A DNA stretch of 64,000 nucleotides from Bacteriovoracaceae bacterium (GCA_018649885.1 JABIHA010000084.1:1-64000); one strand, 5' to 3'. Counted from the stretch's first letter, positions 1 to 8,398 are shown. Numbers and translations are program-made. Notes: a model not told the origin generated them from the sequence alone.

Positions 1-234
1 AGGTCCTGGTTTTTTAGGTCCTGGTTTCTTAGGTCCTGGTTTCTTAGGTCCTGGTTTCTTAGGTCCTGGCTTTTTAGGTCCTGGTTTCTTAGGCCCTGGT
101 TTCTTTGGTCCTGGTTTCTTAGGTCCTGGTTTCTTTGGTCCTGGTTTCTTAGGCCCTGGCTTCTTTGGTCCTGGTTTCTTAGGTCCTGGTTTCTTAGGTC
201 CTGGTTTCTTAGGCCCTGGTTTCTTAGGTCCTGG
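1..234 (-). repeat. 15-bp tandem repeat (about 15.5 copies) encoding PKKPG
   Basis: Unit aggtcctggtttctt; the variants are synonymous in the minus-strand frame of the 1..1770 ORF. Confidence 0.95.
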
Positions 235-1770
235 ATGTTTAGGCTTATGCTTTTTCACACAAGTGCCGTGGTGACTAGACCACTTATAACCTGGCTTACA
301 AGAAATATTTTTCTTCTTCTTAGGCTTGTAGTTAGGTACACATCTGTTTTTCCCTGGAGAGTAATGGTAACCGGCGCTACAAGTTTTTTTGTATGTCTTT
401 CTAACACATCTGTTTTGTGAGTAATTCCATTTGTATCCAGCGCTACAGTGCTTTCTAGCTCTTTCACATCTTCTGGTGTGGCTATCCCAATACTTACCAG
501 CACCACAATACCTTGATGTTCGGACACATCTTCCTTTGGACTTACTGTAATATTGACCAGCAGAACAATACTTATGATTAGATACACATCTATTTTTTGA
601 ATAACTCCAGTGTCTTCCTATTGAACAAGTCTTTCCAACCCACTCACATCTCTTGGAGTACCAATTGTATTTTTGGCCATAATTGCAAGTATAAGGCTGT
701 CTTACACATCTATTGTAGTAGCCATCCCACTTGTAATTTTGTGGACATCTGTATGAGCCAGCTCTAACACATCTATAAAGAAAGTGATCATAGTATGTTC
801 CAGCAGGACAGTAGATTCCACTTGGAAGCCACCAAACTCTACATCTGCCTGAGTCCCAATCGTAATAGGTTCCTTTTCCACAAATAGATCCTCTTTCTTG
901 TACGCAGTAGCCCATTGTGGAGTCATAGTAGTAGCCCCTTGGACAAAGGTAACCTCTAGAAACTCTTTGATCTACATTTACTTGAAGTTGTTTGAAAATC
1001 TCTTGGGTATAATAGGCATCGTATTCGTCATACTCGTCGTATAGTTCCTCATCTTTTGAAGCTTTTACTATAAATTTAAATACACCTTCTTCAGTAGGTG
1101 TTCCGTATAGCTCAAGAGATTTACCAGCGTTGTATTGATAAAGCTCAAGTCCAGTTGGAACGTTACCATCATAAAAAGAAAGTTTAAGTTCACTGTAGTC
1201 ATCATTTTCTAAACTAATTTCTGAAGTGTAGTGGCTGCCTACTCTTGCACCACTAATATGATAATCACTCTTTATTTTAGGTGTGTCGTAGTCGTCTTCG
1301 TCAACATTTGAGTAAAGACAAACATACCCGCTTGTTAATTTTTCAAGTGGCTGCATATCCCAGCCTTGATTTTTTGTGCTCTTTGCTTGAAGAACAAAAC
1401 ACCATTTGCCCTGAAACATTGGAGAGCCGAATAAAATGGCCTTTGAACCATAAGTTCCTTCGAGCTCAAGTCCCACTGGGTGGTAAGGCTCTACAATAGT
1501 CCATTCAATTTCAGTAAATGATTCGGCACCGATGAGGCTGAATTCAATTTCAGTATCTTCACCATAGTTAAGGACGCCATCGTCTTGATTAAAATAAATA
1601 AAAGGTTTTTGTGAATAGTCGCTGTAGCTGTCAGCTACTGCTTGGAAGCTTTTAAAATCAAATCCACTTTGGACTAGTGAAATTGTTAAAAACCAAACTA
1701 AAAAATGTTTTCCAAATTGTAATAGTGGTTGAAACGGTTTTCTGGGCCACGGGCCCTTCTTTCTACTCAT
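1..1770 (-). CDS. Secreted/surface repeat protein, 3'-truncated by window edge: signal-like N-terminus, two putative Ig (He_PIG-like) domains, 11 CX12C Tyr-rich repeats, (PKKPG)n tail
   Basis: Absent from the ORF track; translated by hand. ATG at 1770 with GAGAGGAG RBS and an open frame to base 1 (590 codons): MSRKKGPWPRKPFQPLLQFGKHFLVWFLTISLV... Ig-like motif VPTGLELY..ELYGTPTEEGVFKFIVKA; repeats such as CPAGTYYDHFLYRC. Confidence 0.9.
   Translation of the reverse strand, partial: MSRKKGPWPRKPFQPLLQFGKHFLVWFLTISLVQSGFDFKSFQAVADSYSDYSQKPFIYFNQDDGVLNYGEDTEIEFSLIGAESFTEIEWTIVEPYHPVGLELEGTYGSKAILFGSPMFQGKWCFVLQAKSTKNQGWDMQPLEKLTSGYVCLYSNVDEDDYDTPKIKSDYHISGARVGSHYTSEISLENDDYSELKLSFYDGNVPTGLELYQYNAGKSLELYGTPTEEGVFKFIVKASKDEELYDEYDEYDAYYTQEIFKQLQVNVDQRVSRGYLCPRGYYYDSTMGYCVQERGSICGKGTYYDWDSGRCRVWWLPSGIYCPAGTYYDHFLYRCVRAGSYRCPQNYKWDGYYNRCVRQPYTCNYGQKYNWYSKRCEWVGKTCSIGRHWSYSKNRCVSNHKYCSAGQYYSKSKGRCVRTSRYCGAGKYWDSHTRRCERARKHCSAGYKWNYSQNRCVRKTYKKTCSAGYHYSPGKNRCVPNYKPKKKKNISCKPGYKWSSHHGTCVKKHKPKHPGPKKPGPKKPGPKKPGPKKPGPKKPGPKKPGPKKPGPKKPGPKKPGPKKPGPKKPGPKKPGPKKPGPKKPGPKKPGP
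259..945 (-). repeat. 11 protein-level repeats C-x2-(G)-x2-[YW]-x6-C
   Basis: CPRGYYYDSTMGYC, CGKGTYYDWDSGRC, CPAGTYYDHFLYRC, CPQNYKWDGYYNRC, CNYGQKYNWYSKRC, CSIGRHWSYSKNRC, CSAGQYYSKSKGRC, CGAGKYWDSHTRRC, CSAGYKWNYSQNRC, CSAGYHYSPGKNRC, CKPGYKWSSHHGTC. Confidence 0.9.
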
Positions 1771-2085
1771 GGTTGTTCTCCTCTCTCAAAGCTATTTTTA
1801 GCGTGTTCGGCGCTGAATGTTTGATCTTCCCTGTGTTTCTACTGACCGCGTCTTAATTATTATTTAATGTTGAATAAGTAAACAGGCCTCAAGGAGTACA
1901 GGGGCATAGGGGCCAATTGACAGAAAGTGTTAGAGAATCGGGGTCACAACTACCCCTAGCAGCATATACTTGTTACACAGCGTGCCGCGCATTATTAAGA
2001 AAGCATTAATTAGTAAGACTTTATGACTAACTGCATCAATTGTCTGATATGCATTCCTTGCACATAAAATAGGAAACGGTAGGTC

Positions 2086-2991
2086 ATGAAATTTTTAATA
2101 TCAGCGAGTCTCCTCGCAATTAGCTTTTGGACTTTTAGCTCATATGCTGTCGTGGTTAGAAAAGATCAAGCAAACATGAGTAAATCAGAAAAGGCATTAT
2201 TCAAGAAGGCCTACCTGGCCTTGGCAGAAAATGGAACCTTGAGTGAATTTGTAAAAATTCACGCTAAAATGAAAGAATATAAAATGCACAGTCTAATGCT
2301 CTACCCTAATGGAAAGATCAAATGGTTTCCAAAAAATATTGAAAGGTTTCTTCCATGGCATAGGGCCCTACTCTCTGTCTTTGAAAGAGAACTACAAAAA
2401 ATTGAACCGGATGTAACAATTCCTTATTGGGATTGGTTGAAGGATCGTGAGATTCCCAAATGGTTGCTTGAGTTAAAACCAACTGGAGTCCTGACGGCGC
2501 CACAAAAAGATTGTTGTGATTTTTGCACTGTCAGAGAGCCTATTGTCATTAATAGATTTCCTGGAACACATCCATTAGCACATCACAAAGTTTCTAGAGC
2601 AAATACTTTGAGGATTGTTAATTCAACTTGGGGATATAAAAGATTTACAAAACATTTAGAAGGTCATCCCTTTGGGCCACACAATCATATTCATCTTTGG
2701 GTAGGAGGTAAGAAGAAAGGTAGAGTAGGAACGATGGCGGACGTAACAAAGGCCCCAGCAGATCCTATTTTTTGGTTGCATCACTCTATGATTGATAGGC
2801 TGTGGGCCATTTGGCAAAAAAATCCGGCGAATGTAAACAAAAAGCCAAACCTTAGAGAAGCTGAAGCAGTAATGGCGCCATTTTCTAAAAATGGTGATGA
2901 ACAAAGTGGCTTTCATACTAGTGAGAGCTCTAATGATATAGAAGACCTTGGCTACACCTACGATAATTTTAAAACAAAAAGTTGGAAATAA
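2086..2991 (+). CDS. Secreted tyrosinase (type-3 copper protein)
   Basis: Sec signal peptide; CuA His residues (KIH, KMH, FLPWHR); IPYWDW; CuB PHNHIHLWVGG and APADPIFWLHH. Confidence 0.93.
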   Translation: MKFLISASLLAISFWTFSSYAVVVRKDQANMSKSEKALFKKAYLALAENGTLSEFVKIHAKMKEYKMHSLMLYPNGKIKWFPKNIERFLPWHRALLSVFERELQKIEPDVTIPYWDWLKDREIPKWLLELKPTGVLTAPQKDCCDFCTVREPIVINRFPGTHPLAHHKVSRANTLRIVNSTWGYKRFTKHLEGHPFGPHNHIHLWVGGKKKGRVGTMADVTKAPADPIFWLHHSMIDRLWAIWQKNPANVNKKPNLREAEAVMAPFSKNGDEQSGFHTSESSNDIEDLGYTYDNFKTKSWK

Positions 2992-3191
2992 TATGCTTAG
3001 TAACTAAATTTTTTAATCAACTTTTAAATTAAGGCCATATTTTGCATTAGTCGCAAAGCGTAGATTTTAGCATTAAAGAGCTCACTAATTTTTTACACGA
3101 TCAGTACAAGCAAAATAAGTTAAAAAAACATGAGCACCATTATGTTTTTCATAGAATGTACTTCATCCTTCATCAAAAATAGTTTTAAATT

Positions 3192-3302
3192 ATGATCAAA
3201 ATCATTCTTTAAATTAAATGATTACGTTTTTCAAACGTAAACTTCAAATGGTACAAATAAGAACAAGCTATAAACATCAGAGTTAAAAGTGATTCGCATC
3301 AA
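3192..3302 (+). promoter_or_regulatory. Two FNR/CRP-like boxes and a palindrome upstream of the cox operon
   Basis: ATGAT-CAAA-ATCAT (3192-3205) and GTGAT-TCGC-ATCAA (3289-3302) versus FNR consensus TTGAT-N4-ATCAA; TTACGTTT-N3-AAACGTAA (3222-3240). Confidence 0.45.
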
Positions 3303-3455
3303 GGAAATGGATTGATGGCAGCGTGTTGGTTTCCTCTTATTAATTTTTCCCGGGAAAAATGGATTTGTGAAGGAAGAAAAGTTTGTGCAACTCATCCTAA
3401 CGAAAATCATAATATTAATGGAATAAAAGTTTAATGGTTAAAAAGGAATATAGTC

Positions 3456-4145
3456 ATGCTTGATTGGATTGTCGGTTATATGCCGGAAAACATCGCTACA
3501 TTTGGTGAAGACATTGATTATGTAATTAATCTTATTGGTTACATCGTTTTTATCTGGTGGATACTAGCTGAAGGTGTTCTCTTTTATTTTCTGTTTAGTT
3601 CAAGGAAAAAAGAGGGAGTAAAAGCTACTTATGAAGATGGTAGCACTATGAAGGCCATGAGCTGGGTTTTAATTCCAGTGGTACTCGTCTTAGGCTTTGA
3701 TTTGTTTATTGATTATAAAAGTCACAGTGCTTGGGACAAAATAAAAATACAATTACCCAAGGCTGATGTTGTTTACAGAGTAATGGGACAGCAATTTGCC
3801 TGGACCTATACACACCCAGGAGTTGATGGGAAATTTGGGACAGGAGATGATTTTGAGCCTGACGATTTAGTCGTTCCCGTTCATCAAGTTGTTCACACTG
3901 TCATAAGTGCACTGGATGTTATTCACAGTCTTTGGATACCCAATCTACGTTTTAAGCAAGATTCTGTTCCCGGTAGGATTATCACGGGATGGTTTGAGGC
4001 TACCAAGACTGGGGACTATCCAATTGCATGCGCAGAACTTTGTGGAACAGGTCATGGAGTAATGGCATCAACACTAAAAGTTCTTGAAGCTGATGCTTAT
4101 AAAAGTTGGGTTGCTCAGCAATCTGCAGCAGCTTTAGCACAGTAA
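3456..4145 (+). CDS. coxB: Cytochrome c oxidase subunit II
   Basis: Two TM helices, GQQFAWTYT, DVIHSLWIP, CuA motif CAELCGTGHGVM. Confidence 0.95.
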   Translation: MLDWIVGYMPENIATFGEDIDYVINLIGYIVFIWWILAEGVLFYFLFSSRKKEGVKATYEDGSTMKAMSWVLIPVVLVLGFDLFIDYKSHSAWDKIKIQLPKADVVYRVMGQQFAWTYTHPGVDGKFGTGDDFEPDDLVVPVHQVVHTVISALDVIHSLWIPNLRFKQDSVPGRIITGWFEATKTGDYPIACAELCGTGHGVMASTLKVLEADAYKSWVAQQSAAALAQ

Positions 4146-4180
4146 AACCAATATTAAACTTCTAAATTGAGGAATTTTTT

Positions 4181-5848
4181 ATGACAAGTCATCAGAGTAA
4201 TTTTTGGAATTATTATATTTTTTCCAAAGATCACAAAATGATCGCAAAACAGTATTTGATCACAGGCCTCATCATGGCACTGCTTGGTGGACTTATGGCC
4301 TATGTGTTTAGAATGCAATTGGCCTTTCCAGGCGAAGCTGTTCCTGGTTTTGGCGATGTTGATTCAGGAACCTATAACCAATTAATCACACTTCATGGAA
4401 CCATTATGGTTTTTTGGGTTGGGATGCCCATTTTACTGGGGGCGTTTGGTAACTTTTTAATACCTTTAATGATTGGTGCAGATGATATGGCTTTTCCGAC
4501 ATTAAATATGATGTCTTACTGGACTTTTTTTGTCAGTACTCTTGTTCTGCTTGCTTCATTTTTTGTGGAAGGAGGACCGGCTTCTTCGGGCTGGACTGCA
4601 TACCCACCACTTTCGGCAAGGCCTGAATATTCAGGTGTGATGTGGGGTATGAACTTATGGATCTTGGCAGTGGCCTTGGAATTTTTCTCAGTTTTAATGG
4701 GTGGTGTAAATTATCTAACGACTACTTTTAATATGAGAACCAAGGGAATGAAGTTTTCAAGGATGCCGATGTTTGTTTGGATGCAACTGGCAGCGACTGT
4801 GAATTTCATGTTCAGTGTGGGACCTCTGATTGCTGGAGCGTTGATGCTTCTCCTAGATAGAACTATTGGCACTTCATTTTTCGTACCAGATAAAGGTGGG
4901 GATCCTCTTTTATATCAACACCTTTTTTGGTTTTTTGGTCACCCTGAGGTGTATGTTCTATTACTTCCCTCTCTTGGTATTGTGGCTGAAATCATTCCTA
5001 CCTTTTCAAGAAAACCTCTTTTTGGTTACAAAATGATTTTGATTTCAACGGCATTTTCAAGTGTCCTGGCCTTTATGGTTTGGGCCCATCACCAGTTTAT
5101 AAGTGGAATGGACCCGAGAATGGCCATGCCATTTGGACTGCTGACTATTATTATCTCAGTGCCATTTGCAGTTGTTCTCTTCGCTTATATTGCAACCTTA
5201 TGGAAAGGCTCGATTACGTTTACAACTCCATTTCTGTTTGCCATTGCCATGATTGCGGAGTTTTTAATTGGTGGTGTTACAGGGATTATTAATGGTGCGG
5301 CAGCTGCTGATATTTACGTCCATGACACTTATTATGTTGTAAGTCACTTCCATTTTACACTGGTACCAATTACGATTTTTGGAATGCTGGCTGGTGTTTA
5401 TTATTGGTTTCCAAAATTCTTTGGAAGGATGATGAATGAAACACTTGGTAAAATCCACTTTTGGATAACTGCAATCACCTTTAACGTTATTTTCATTCCT
5501 CTACTTCAAATGGGAATGGGTGGGCATCAAAGAAGAATTCCAGATCCGACTGAATTTGAGTATCTAAAAGGTATGATGGGAATGCACAAAACAGCGACCA
5601 TCGCACTCATTATACTCCTAATAGCTCAAGCCTTCTTTATATTTAATTTCTTCTACTCAATGTATAAGGGGAAAAAGGCAGAAGCGAATCCTTGGAAATC
5701 TACAACACTTGAATGGGATGCACCGTCACCGCCAGTGGCTCATGGCAATTTTGAAGTTATACCAAAGGTTTATCGGGGTCCATATGAGTATAGCGTTCCT
5801 GGATGTAAGCAAGATTGGTCACCACAGTCGGCAGAAACTGTTAATTAA
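4181..5848 (+). CDS. coxA: Cytochrome c oxidase subunit I (A-family, A1-type GHPEVY motif)
   Basis: TLHG, DMAFP, GWTAYPPL, WFFGHPEVY, WAHH, HDTYYVVSHFH and RR motifs. Confidence 0.97.
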   Translation: MTSHQSNFWNYYIFSKDHKMIAKQYLITGLIMALLGGLMAYVFRMQLAFPGEAVPGFGDVDSGTYNQLITLHGTIMVFWVGMPILLGAFGNFLIPLMIGADDMAFPTLNMMSYWTFFVSTLVLLASFFVEGGPASSGWTAYPPLSARPEYSGVMWGMNLWILAVALEFFSVLMGGVNYLTTTFNMRTKGMKFSRMPMFVWMQLAATVNFMFSVGPLIAGALMLLLDRTIGTSFFVPDKGGDPLLYQHLFWFFGHPEVYVLLLPSLGIVAEIIPTFSRKPLFGYKMILISTAFSSVLAFMVWAHHQFISGMDPRMAMPFGLLTIIISVPFAVVLFAYIATLWKGSITFTTPFLFAIAMIAEFLIGGVTGIINGAAAADIYVHDTYYVVSHFHFTLVPITIFGMLAGVYYWFPKFFGRMMNETLGKIHFWITAITFNVIFIPLLQMGMGGHQRRIPDPTEFEYLKGMMGMHKTATIALIILLIAQAFFIFNFFYSMYKGKKAEANPWKSTTLEWDAPSPPVAHGNFEVIPKVYRGPYEYSVPGCKQDWSPQSAETVN

Positions 5849-5862
5849 TAAGGAGTATTATA

Positions 5863-6444
5863 ATGAGCGCAAGTACAGCGACAAATACCGTAGAAACAGA
5901 ACCCATGTTAGCTCCCCATGGACGCTTGGGAATGTGGATGTTTTTGGCATCAGAAGTTGTCGTCTTTGGAGGACTTCTCGCATCTTATATCTTTGCAAGG
6001 TTAAGACATTCGAGCTGGGATGAATTTGCTTCACAAACTATGACTTCAATAGGATGTATCAATACTGTCCTTCTACTAACTTCAAGTTTATTTATTGTTC
6101 TCTCACATCACTGGGCCGAACGTAAGGATATTAAAAAATCTGGCAAATATATGTTGTGGGCCATTTTACTTGGAGTCTTATTTTTAGTTTTTAAAGGCTA
6201 TGAGTATCAACATGAATTCGCCAAGGGTATTACACCTCTGACGAACTTATTTTGGTCATACTATTTCTTTATCACTGGACTGCATGCTCTGCATATTGTG
6301 ATAGGGCTTGTTATAAATGCTTTAACGTTAAGGGAAATTAGAAAAGGGCAAAATCTCCAAAGAGTCGAAGTCGCAGGACTTTATTGGCACTTTGTAGATG
6401 TTGTTTGGATTTTTGTTTTCCCACTCTTTTATGTGGCTTCTTAA
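5863..6444 (+). CDS. coxC: Cytochrome c oxidase subunit III
   Basis: GMWMFLASE, TGLHALH, YWHFVDVVW. Confidence 0.93.
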   Translation: MSASTATNTVETEPMLAPHGRLGMWMFLASEVVVFGGLLASYIFARLRHSSWDEFASQTMTSIGCINTVLLLTSSLFIVLSHHWAERKDIKKSGKYMLWAILLGVLFLVFKGYEYQHEFAKGITPLTNLFWSYYFFITGLHALHIVIGLVINALTLREIRKGQNLQRVEVAGLYWHFVDVVWIFVFPLFYVAS

Positions 6445-6469
6445 CCTTTTGTAAAATGGAGACTGTGTT

Positions 6470-6769
6470 ATGTCATCTGATCAAGTAGATATGGGTCATC
6501 TCACCCCTAAAACATATACGATTATTTGGGCCATCCTATTGGGACTGCTCTTTTTAAGCCTCTTTGCTGGTATGGTAAAAAGTCCAGTACTCGCAACAGT
6601 AATGATTTTTGGTGTGGCGATTATTAAAGCAGTGATGGTGATGTTTTATTACATGCACCTGAAAGTTGAAATTGTGTATGTAAAAGTTGCTGTGCTTGCA
6701 GGGTTTTTGGCACTATTCTTTTTTGTCGTTGGGGTATATCCCGATGTTGTTGGGCAATTTAGCAAATGA
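6470..6769 (+). CDS. coxD: Cytochrome c oxidase subunit IV
   Basis: Three TM helices, KA..V...YMHLK motif, operon position. Confidence 0.85.
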   Translation: MSSDQVDMGHLTPKTYTIIWAILLGLLFLSLFAGMVKSPVLATVMIFGVAIIKAVMVMFYYMHLKVEIVYVKVAVLAGFLALFFFVVGVYPDVVGQFSK

Positions 6770-7359
6770 GTACAGCCGATCTTGAATTAAGGGAGCGGGC
6801 AATCGTTCCTAAAAATATGTTTGGACTAATATTGGCCCTTTGTGTAGAGGTGATGGTTTTTTCAGGGCTTCTCACTTCTTTTGTTGTTCTTAAGTACCAC
6901 CAAGTGGTGTGGCCACCTGTTGATCAGCCTAGGTTCCCGGTTTATGTAACAGCTATAAATACGCTAATTATAATTTTTTCTGGTATTGCTTGGAATCGAA
7001 TTTTTAAGTTTAAAGACAACGCAAACCGCGCTGAAGCTGCAAAATTTGCGTTGATTTCGGTTTTATTTATGATGACCTTTTTTGTTGTCCAAGGAGTTGA
7101 GTGGTTTATGCTTTTTAAGCATGGACTAACACTTTCTGATGGTGTGTATGGAGGGATCTTTTGCACTATCATTGGTTTTCATGCTGTACATGTAGTTATT
7201 GCTATAATCACCTTATTAATTACAAGAAATAAAATTTTAAATACAAATATCGATGACGTTAAGTTATTTGGATCAGATGGTATTTTGAATCTTGTCAGAC
7301 TTTACCTTTGGTTTGTTATTGGAGTGTGGCCTTGCATTTTTGCTATCGTATATTTCTAG
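6766..7359 (+). CDS. Second, divergent subunit III-like protein
   Basis: EVMVFSGL, WPP, INT, GFHAVH; ATGA overlap with coxD. Confidence 0.85.
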   Translation: MSTADLELRERAIVPKNMFGLILALCVEVMVFSGLLTSFVVLKYHQVVWPPVDQPRFPVYVTAINTLIIIFSGIAWNRIFKFKDNANRAEAAKFALISVLFMMTFFVVQGVEWFMLFKHGLTLSDGVYGGIFCTIIGFHAVHVVIAIITLLITRNKILNTNIDDVKLFGSDGILNLVRLYLWFVIGVWPCIFAIVYF

Positions 7360-7559
7360 TCATTCTCATCTTACTACCCATTCAGGCAATTGCCTGCCCG
7401 TATTGCTTTTCTTCAAATGGCGAGGATTCCATAAAGGCATATATTGGAACCACCTTAGCTCTTATTGCTTTGCTGGTTGTATTATTTGGCAGTGTGGCCT
7501 TTTTTGTTTATAAGAATTATAAAAAGGCGCATTCAGTAGGTGAATCAAAAGAAGATTAG
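7326..7559 (+). CDS. Small membrane protein with CPYC motif
   Basis: Signal-like segment, AIACPYCFS, one TM helix, basic tail. GTG at 7326 (track start 7308); overlaps the end of the second subunit III gene. Confidence 0.7.
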   Translation: MALHFCYRIFLVILILLPIQAIACPYCFSSNGEDSIKAYIGTTLALIALLVVLFGSVAFFVYKNYKKAHSVGESKED

Positions 7560-7600
7560 CCTGCATCGTTAATTGCTGCGCCTTGTGGTTAAGGTGTGTG

Positions 7601-8398
7601 ATGTCCATTGAAGATGAATTCCAAAAATGTGTTTATGGTCCAGTTAGATCTTGGCGATTTGGTCTCTCCCTTGGAATTGATCCTATCTTTCACAACTCAA
7701 CCTGTTCTTTTAGCTGCATCTACTGCCAGTTGGGAAATATCCAAAACATAACAGATAAAAGAGATGAGTTCGTATCAACTAGTAAGGTTGTAGGTGATTT
7801 TAGAGAATTCTCACAAAAAAATATTCCCTATGATGTCATCACGTTCTCAGGAAATGGTGAGCCAAGCCTTGCCAAAAATTTTGCACAGATGAGCTTGGGC
7901 ATCAGAGAACTGGCGACCCATAAACCGCAATTTATTCTCACCAACGGAACGCTTTTAAATGATAGTGAAGTTCGTGATGATTTAAAGCTAATGGACAAAG
8001 TGATTATTAAATTAGATGCATGTAGTGAAGAACAATACAGTGCTGTTAACCGACCTGCCGGGGGCTTGAGCTTTTTAAAATTAATTGATGGGATCATAAA
8101 ATTTAAAAGTGAGTACAATGGAGAGATTGAAATTCAATCAATGTTTCTACCAATCAATTCAAACCAAATTGAAGAATTTGCAGACTTGGTAAATCAAATT
8201 TCCCCACAATGTGTTCAAGTTAATTTACCAAAAAGGCCTTATCCCAGTGTTTGGAGCAGGCATCACCGTGGAAATCATGAGCTAGAATTTAAATGTGACT
8301 TCAATTGGCTTAAAACTATTAGCGAAGGCCAAGTGAAGTCCATTTTAAAAACTCTTTCAGAGAAAACAAAAGTCGAGCTTATTTCCCCTCTTAGATGA
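7601..8398 (+). CDS. Radical SAM protein (COG0731-like)
   Basis: VYGPVRSWRFGLSLGID, CSFSCIYC, FSGNGEP, LTNGTL. ATG at 7601 preferred (track start 7583). Confidence 0.9.
   Translation: MSIEDEFQKCVYGPVRSWRFGLSLGIDPIFHNSTCSFSCIYCQLGNIQNITDKRDEFVSTSKVVGDFREFSQKNIPYDVITFSGNGEPSLAKNFAQMSLGIRELATHKPQFILTNGTLLNDSEVRDDLKLMDKVIIKLDACSEEQYSAVNRPAGGLSFLKLIDGIIKFKSEYNGEIEIQSMFLPINSNQIEEFADLVNQISPQCVQVNLPKRPYPSVWSRHHRGNHELEFKCDFNWLKTISEGQVKSILKTLSEKTKVELISPLR

Noticed and set aside
1..234. Tandem repeat as a CRISPR array
   Set aside because: No unique spacers and no cas genes; it is a coding pentapeptide repeat.
235..1499. Short track ORFs 235..420, 255..587, 702..926 and 1281..1499
   Set aside because: They are shadow frames of the 1..1770 minus-strand gene.
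7601..8398. Radical SAM enzyme as a RiPP maturase for the CPYC peptide
   Set aside because: No SPASM or RRE features seen, and the peptide looks like an exported membrane protein.
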